In this document: positions 58,039 to 64,000 of the stretch, piece after piece | Layout: each line of letters begins with the position of its first letter | How positions within the stretch are numbered: the stretch's first letter is position 1 | Assembly: GCA_963777315.1 (NCBI GenBank) | Contig: CAVZQC010000001.1 | Coordinates: 224,001 to 288,000, forward strand | DNA length: 64,000 nt | Direction of reading: 5' to 3' | DNA from: Vulcanimicrobiota bacterium | GTDB taxonomy: Bacteria; Vulcanimicrobiota; Vulcanimicrobiia; Vulcanimicrobiales; Vulcanimicrobiaceae | Made by a program: the position numbers and the translations under genes | Notes under the pieces: model-generated | The model's database searches: none | Seen by the model: only the letters and a program-made list of their open reading frames with translations | Told to the model about the DNA's origin: nothing

Positions 58039-59397
58039 CTAATCCCCACTGACGGTCATTTCGCTCACGCGAAACGACGGCGAAACGATCGAACCGTCGA
58101 AGCGTAAGTCGTTTGCGACTTCGTCGATGCCCTCGAGCATCTGCGGAAACGTCGTCGCAATGGTGAATTCTTCAATCGGGTACGCCAGGCGGCCGTTTTC
58201 GACGTAGTATCCGCGCGCTCCGCGGCTGTACGTGCCGCTGGCGTGCTCCGTCGCAAAACCGATCGTGTCGATGACGAGCACGCCGCGCTCCGTACGCGCC
58301 ACGAGGTCTTCGAACGTACACGAGCCCGGTGCTAAATGGAAGTTGTTCGGGCCCACGCCGCCCCCGGTAGAGTTGCCCGTGGAAGCGGAGCCGAGCTTGC
58401 GCGCGTAATACGTATCGTAGAGGAACGTTCGCAGCGTGCCCTTTTCGAAAACGATCGTGCGCTGCGTGGGCACGCCTTCACCGTCGAACGGAGCGCTGCC
58501 CAGTTTTCCCGGCATCGTGCCGTCGTCGACCACGGTGACCAGGTCGTTGCCGATGCGCCGGCCGATGCTCTCGGCAAGCCACGAATTGCCAATCGCGACG
58601 TTGGAGGCATTGACGGCAGCGAATAAATCCGACAGCACGCCGGCCGCGACGTCGCGTTCGAATATTACCGGCACGCGCATCGTCGGCGGCTTTCGTGCGC
58701 CGAACAGCCCAACGGTGCGGTCTACGGCTTTGCACGCGATCGACTCGAGGTCTTCCATATCGTTCAGTCGCCGCGCGGCGCTTGCATACGATCCCGTGCG
58801 TTTGGCCGTACCGTCAAGCGCCACGGGACTGCTCGAGCGATGCGCGCGCGTCGAACGATACTCGCCGGCAAACCCGTTGGAGTTGACCAGTACCGTGGTG
58901 TTTACCGTATCGCTCACGTGCGATCCGTTGCTGTTGGTGATGCGCGAATCGAGCTCGCGAACGCGCCGTTCCAGCGCGAGCGCCTCATCGATCTTCGAGC
59001 CGGCCTCGCGATTTGCCAACTCGTCGGAATAGAGCTGCAGGTCGAAACCGTCCGCAACGCCGGCAGACTCCGGCAGCAGCGCAAACGGATCGCGGCCCAC
59101 GTGGCGAGCTGCCGCGATTGCGGTCGCGACGGCGGCGCGTAGGTTTTCGCGGTCGAAATCGGAGGTCGAAAGCGAGGCTTTGCGGCCATCGACGAAAACG
59201 CGCAGATGCAGCGAACGCCCAGTCGACTGTTCGAGTTTGGTGATCGTGCGGTCGCGCGCCTCGGCTGAAAAACGTTCGCTCACGCAAATGCCGGCCTCTG
59301 CCTGCCAAGCGCCTTCGCGCATCGCGCGATCCAACGCCGCCTGCGCGTGTTCCAACGCATCGGCGTGCGTGTGTTCGAGCCCGGCGCTATGCGACAT
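58039..59397 (-). CDS. pmbA: TldE/PmbA family protein
   Basis: APFDGEG, GTYSRGARG; adjacent to tldD. Confidence 0.9.
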   Translation of the reverse strand: MSHSAGLEHTHADALEHAQAALDRAMREGAWQAEAGICVSERFSAEARDRTITKLEQSTGRSLHLRVFVDGRKASLSTSDFDRENLRAAVATAIAAARHVGRDPFALLPESAGVADGFDLQLYSDELANREAGSKIDEALALERRVRELDSRITNSNGSHVSDTVNTTVLVNSNGFAGEYRSTRAHRSSSPVALDGTAKRTGSYASAARRLNDMEDLESIACKAVDRTVGLFGARKPPTMRVPVIFERDVAAGVLSDLFAAVNASNVAIGNSWLAESIGRRIGNDLVTVVDDGTMPGKLGSAPFDGEGVPTQRTIVFEKGTLRTFLYDTYYARKLGSASTGNSTGGGVGPNNFHLAPGSCTFEDLVARTERGVLVIDTIGFATEHASGTYSRGARGYYVENGRLAYPIEEFTIATTFPQMLEGIDEVANDLRFDGSIVSPSFRVSEMTVSGD

Positions 59398-60782
59398 TGG
59401 AGCCGCCCACGGTTATCGAGGATATTTTTATCGTGGGCATTCCCACGCCCACCGGTACGTATTGGCCGCCTTTACCGCACGTGTAGTGGCGGTTGGCCAG
59501 GCGGCCGTCGTTGCCCACCGCCGTCACTTTGGTCATGACGTCGGGACCGTTGCCGACAATGGTGGCGTTCTTTACGGGAGCCGTCACGCGGCCGCCTTCA
59601 ATCAGGTAGCCTTCGGCGACCATGAAGACGAAATCGCCGCGGCTGATCTCCACTTGTCCGCCTGCAAACGACTTGGCATAGATGCCGCGCTTGGTCGACG
59701 CGATGATGTCTTCCACGCTCGATTCACCGCTGGGCATGTAGGTGTTGCACATGCGCGGTTGCGGCATGGATCGAAACGACTGACGGCGTCCGCTCCCGGT
59801 CGATGCCGTGCGCATCAGTTTGCCGTTGAGGTAATCCTGCATGTAGCCGCGCAGTATGCCGTTTTCGATCAGCACCTTGTGCGCGCCGGGATTGCCTTCG
59901 TCGTCGATCGAGATGCTGCCCCGCTCCTCGGGCAAATTACCGTCGTCGTAAATGGTCACCAATTCGCCGGCCACTCGTTCTCCGACGCGCCCGCTATACA
60001 GCGAAACCCCCTGCCGGTTGAAGTCGCTTTCCAGCCCGTGTCCTACGGCTTCGTGCAGCAGCACGCCGCCCCCGCCGCAACCGACCACCATTTCCATCTC
60101 GCCCGCAGGCGCTGCTACGGCTTCCAGGTTCGTTATCGAGATGCGCGCGGCTTCAAGGGCAATCGATTCGGCGCTGCGGCGTTCGTAGAATGCGATCGAC
60201 GTGCGGCCGCCGTCGCCGACGAAACCGTGTCCGCGGTCTCCGTTTTTGGTCGTGACGACCTGTACTCCCAGCGACACCAGCGGACGCCGGTCGTGCAGCC
60301 AGCGGCCGTCGCTGGTGCCTATCCAGACTTCCTGCAGTTCATCGGCGACGTTGGCATTGACTGCGGCCACGCGCGGATCGAACCGGCGCGCCGCCGCATC
60401 GGCGCGTTCGAGCAGCTGTACGTACGATTCGCCGGCTGCGTGCGCGGACCGGAGCGTATCGTAAAACGGTGCCGATGCTATCGGCTGGATTCGACCGCCG
60501 GCCGGCGCTGCGCGGGAGTCGCGAGCTGATGAGAGAGGCCATTCGTGCGGCGCGCTGCAGCGCTTCAAACGACAAGTCGTCCGAATACGCATAGCCCGCG
60601 GATTCTCCGACGATAGTCCGAATGCCGACGCCTTGCGTGACCGTTAAGCCGCTTTCGTGGATATGGCCGGACTGCAGACGGAAGGACGTGGCCACACGGC
60701 GCTCGCAGAAAACGTCGGCGTAGTCGCCGCCGCGCTCCAACGCCAGCGTGAGCAAACGCTCTGCGACCTCTCGATCTATCAC
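59387..60782 (-). CDS. tldD: TldD metalloprotease with apparent frameshift near 60527
   Basis: N-terminus GGDYADVF..GVGIR in ORF 60339..60782; HEAVGHGLE, DDEG, PRMCNT and CGKGGQ in ORF 59387..60592. Confidence 0.88.
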
Positions 60783-60786
60783 GGCG

Positions 60787-62285
60787 TTAACGCTGCGCGA
60801 TCCGGTCGACGGCGGATACGATCGCCGCGTCGGGATCGCCGGGCGAACCGTCGATCAAAAATGCAAACGCAAGGCGGCCGTGTTTGCGGCTGTCGACGTA
60901 ACCGGCCAGTGCGGCGGCGTCGGCCAGATGACCGCTTTTTGCGCGCACGCGGCCGGCCGCGGCGGTAAAGTGATACATCTTGAGCGTTCCGTCCAATCCC
61001 CCGCGCGGCAGCATCGGATACAGGGCGTTGCCGTGCGGGTCGGCGTCGAAATGCGCCAGAATGCGCGCGAGCGTCATCGCACTTACCCGGTTCGCGTGGG
61101 CGAGGCCGCTGCCGTCGACCACATGCAACCCCGGAACCGGTATCGCCTGCGCGGCAAGCACGCGACGTTCGGCGGCCAGGCCGTTGCGGTCGTCGCCGGC
61201 CGATCCGCTCGCCGCACCCAGCGTGCGCATCAGCTGCTCGGCGAAATGGTTGTCCGAAAACGTGAGCATGTGCGCGACCAGCTTCGCCAGCGGCTGCGAA
61301 TGGTGCTCCCATAGGATGTGGGCGTCGACCGGCACGGTCCCGGTTCGCGGCGCACGCGCAACCTCGATCCCGCTTTCTGCGAGCAATGCATTCATGACGC
61401 CGGCCGCATACCGTCCAACGCCGTGCACCGGCACCCAAAATTTCTCTTCGACGCCCGGCGGCACGTTGCCGTCCAAACGAAATTCGTTCGGCGTTTGCGT
61501 AGCCGCAACGATGACGTCATCGCCCCCGCCCGTCGTTACGTTGCCGTAATAGCGCACGCCCGGGCTGACGGGACGAATGCGGACGTTCGCCGCATCGCCG
61601 GACGACGTACCGATCACGTCGAATTCGACCGTGTCCTCGTCGACGGAGATGCCGCTGGTCGCCGCCATAAAATCTTCGTTGCCGTCGTCGGCGTCCCAGT
61701 TGGGGTTGATTTCCTCACCCGACAGCGCGCTGGGATCCGCGACGACGCTTCCTTCAATCGCCGTCAGGCCCGCATCACGCAGCGCGCGCGCCCCCAAAGC
61801 CAGATCGCTGCTGCGAAGTGACGGGTCGCCCGATCCGGCGAGCCAAATATCTCCGCGCAGCACGGTGCCGTGCGGAGGCTGCGCAGACGCGAGCAACGTG
61901 TCGAACCGGTACGCCGTTCCCAATTCGGAGAGCGCGGCGTCCGCCACGATCAATTTCTGCGTAGATGCCGGGGTAACGGCAGCGGAACCGCGATCGTCGT
62001 AGAGCACCGAACCGTCCTGTGCGAGAACCACGCACTCCACGAACCGGCGCCGCCGATTGCCGGACCGAGCGCGCTGCGCAGCACGCGCGCAAGCTCGGCC
62101 TTGGATGCGTTTCCCCAACGTGGAGCAGCCGTTCGTTGCACCCGGAATAGAGCCGGAGCTGCAGCCGGATGCGCGTGAATCGGCTCGGCCGGACTGCGCG
62201 GGCGCAGCACGATCGCCAAAGCGAGCGCGAAGAACGCCAGCGCGAGCGTAACCGCAACGCGCCTACGAGCGCGAGAGCGCCTCAA
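60787..62285 (-). CDS. dacB: D-Ala-D-Ala carboxypeptidase/endopeptidase PBP4 with apparent frameshift near 62033
   Basis: PASTQK, SDN, DGSGL and AKSG motifs; membrane anchor lies in an upstream frame. Confidence 0.85.
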
Positions 62286-64000
62286 TCTTCTCTTGAATCT
62301 TTCGCTGTTCTTCACGTAAGGCATCGACGTCGCTTCGCAAGCTGGTAACTTGGGTCGGGACTTTCTGGGATTCGCGAATGCGTATCGCGGCTTCGGTCGC
62401 ATCGCGGCGGATGCGCCCGTCGAACGCACCGATCGATAGACGATCGAGCGCCGAAAGGAAACGGCGGTCGGCGAGCTGTTCGGCGGCCGCAATCGCCTGA
62501 CGCTGCACCAGAAACATCGGGTCATCGAGATGGACGGCGATTGCGTCGACCGCCGATGCGCGCTCGGCTTCGGTTATTTCCGCATGACGCGCCAGAGCGA
62601 TGAGCGCCGCCCGTCTGAGCCCTTCCTCTTTTCCGATGCGCGCCGCGGCGATCAGCGGTGCGGTTGCGCGCGCATCCGCGAGTTCGCCCAAACCCAGCGC
62701 AGCACCCGATTCGACCACCCCATTCCAGGTCACTTTGTCCAGCGCGTCGCTCAATACGCCGTACGCGCGCTCATCGCGAGTTTTGCCCAGGGACTGCAGC
62801 GCTGCCGACTGCACGAAGTATGAGGCGTCGCCCTGCGCAGCTCCAATCAGCGCACGCGCAACGCCGGCGTCCCTGAAGTTGCCCAGCGCACCCGCAGCAG
62901 CGCGGCGCACCTTGGGATGCTCGTGCGAGAGCGCGCGCAACAGCAGCGAGCACGCCCACCGCGCCCGCGTCGCGCCGACGGCCTGCGCCGTCTCCGCCAG
63001 CACGCCCCAAAACTGCTCGCGCGCGAACGCACCGCTCAAGGCTTCTCGAGCGCTCGCCGAGCCGTCTTTGGCCAGTTCGCGCGCGGCTCGAATGCGCGCG
63101 ACGACGTCCGGATCCGCCGACAGCGACGCAACGGCGAAATCAGCGCCGAACTGGTACGTCACATCACCCAATATGAACGCGCCCGGATCGAATCGAAACA
63201 GCTTCGGATCGAAATCCAAGGGAACCGTGACGGTTTCGTGCGCGCTTTCTACGTGAACCCGGATGCGCCGTTCGGAATCGATCGCAAGTCCAGGCGCGAA
63301 CGCTACGTCGACGTCGAAAATGTACGCGGGATTCTGATCGTTCACCGGCTGCTTTTGGTCGATGGTGACGGTCGCCACGCGCCGCTCGGCATCGTAAGAG
63401 GCGGCCACGTTGAGTTGCGGATGGCCGCCGCGCAAAACCCACTGATCGAAAAAGCCGCGCATGTTGCGCCCGGTGCTTTGCTCGATCGCCCGTACGAAAT
63501 CGATCGTTTCGACCGTTCGTTGCGCATTGTCGCGCACGTAACGGCGAATCGCGCGCCAAAAGCGTCCTTCACCGAGCTCTCCCCGCAGCATGTGCAGCAC
63601 CGCGCCGCCCTTTTCGTACAGGTGCCGATCGAACAGTTCGATCGGATCGCGAAAACGGTTGTACACGATCGGGCGCCGATACCGGTCCGCGTCCTCGTGC
63701 AGGTAGCGCTCGACGCACCCGAAGATGTCGTAGAGGTACTCATCGTATCCCAAGTCGGCTTCGCGGAAGACCGCTTCGAAGTACGTAGCGAAACCTTCGT
63801 TGAGCCACGCGTGCGACCAATCGCGGCAGGTGATGAGATCGCCGAACCATTGATGCGCCAGTTCGTGCGAAACCAGCGGGTCGCTCGAAAAATCGATATG
63901 GGCACGCTCGTCGTGCAGCGTGCGATCCGTCTGCGTCGTTGCCGACGTGTTCTCCATGCCGCCGAAGATGAAATCCGAGACCGCGATCTGCGAATAGCGT
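62263..64000 (-). CDS. pepN: M1 aminopeptidase with C-terminal HEAT repeats; 5' end lies outside the window
   Basis: GGMEN, HELAHQWFGD, WLNEGFA, YEKG; HEAT-like repeats. Confidence 0.92.
   Translation of the reverse strand, partial: RYSQIAVSDFIFGGMENTSATTQTDRTLHDERAHIDFSSDPLVSHELAHQWFGDLITCRDWSHAWLNEGFATYFEAVFREADLGYDEYLYDIFGCVERYLHEDADRYRRPIVYNRFRDPIELFDRHLYEKGGAVLHMLRGELGEGRFWRAIRRYVRDNAQRTVETIDFVRAIEQSTGRNMRGFFDQWVLRGGHPQLNVAASYDAERRVATVTIDQKQPVNDQNPAYIFDVDVAFAPGLAIDSERRIRVHVESAHETVTVPLDFDPKLFRFDPGAFILGDVTYQFGADFAVASLSADPDVVARIRAARELAKDGSASAREALSGAFAREQFWGVLAETAQAVGATRARWACSLLLRALSHEHPKVRRAAAGALGNFRDAGVARALIGAAQGDASYFVQSAALQSLGKTRDERAYGVLSDALDKVTWNGVVESGAALGLGELADARATAPLIAAARIGKEEGLRRAALIALARHAEITEAERASAVDAIAVHLDDPMFLVQRQAIAAAEQLADRRFLSALDRLSIGAFDGRIRRDATEAAIRIRESQKVPTQVTSLRSDVDALREEQRKIQEKIEALSRS

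Noticed and set aside
58039..60782. TldD/E as dedicated maturase of the repeat peptide
   Set aside because: It is about 47 kb away in a housekeeping operon, widespread and cytoplasmic; nothing links it to an exported precursor.
1284..63905. Numerous Arg/Ala-rich alternative-frame ORFs in the track
   Set aside because: They overlap well-supported genes and are expected in high-GC DNA.

Overview
A GC-rich, gene-dense bacterial chromosome segment. The gene content and protein style suggest Candidatus Eremiobacterota (WPS-2); this is inference, not a database result. Most of the window is housekeeping: an EF-G paralog, pyrE, thiO-thiS-thiG, ETF dehydrogenase, a 2-oxoacid dehydrogenase operon with two E1-alpha genes, queD-queE, mqnB-mqnD, namZ, glcD/E-like genes, udgX, pepP, trxB, malic enzyme, tldD/E, dacB and pepN. 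Three regions stand out. (1) At 5.7-12 kb, an apparent operon (GGDEF/degenerate EAL, MalT-like STAND-ATPase/TPR protein without an HTH, HD-GYP) converges on a gene encoding a signal peptide followed by eight tandem DSASALP cores (36-bp repeat). A stand-alone LuxR regulator is divergent from that gene. This looks like an undescribed multi-copy peptide pheromone system coupled to c-di-GMP turnover. (2) A BCP peroxiredoxin has an in-frame TGA at the catalytic Cys position followed by a SECIS-like hairpin, so it is probably a selenoprotein that the ORF track splits in two. (3) An AT-richer patch at about 45.8-49.4 kb holds a deleted IS3 element and a truncated RHS toxin with a putative immunity gene. 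Several conserved genes carry single-base frameshifts, probably long-read assembly errors. No rRNA, tRNA or CRISPR array was found.
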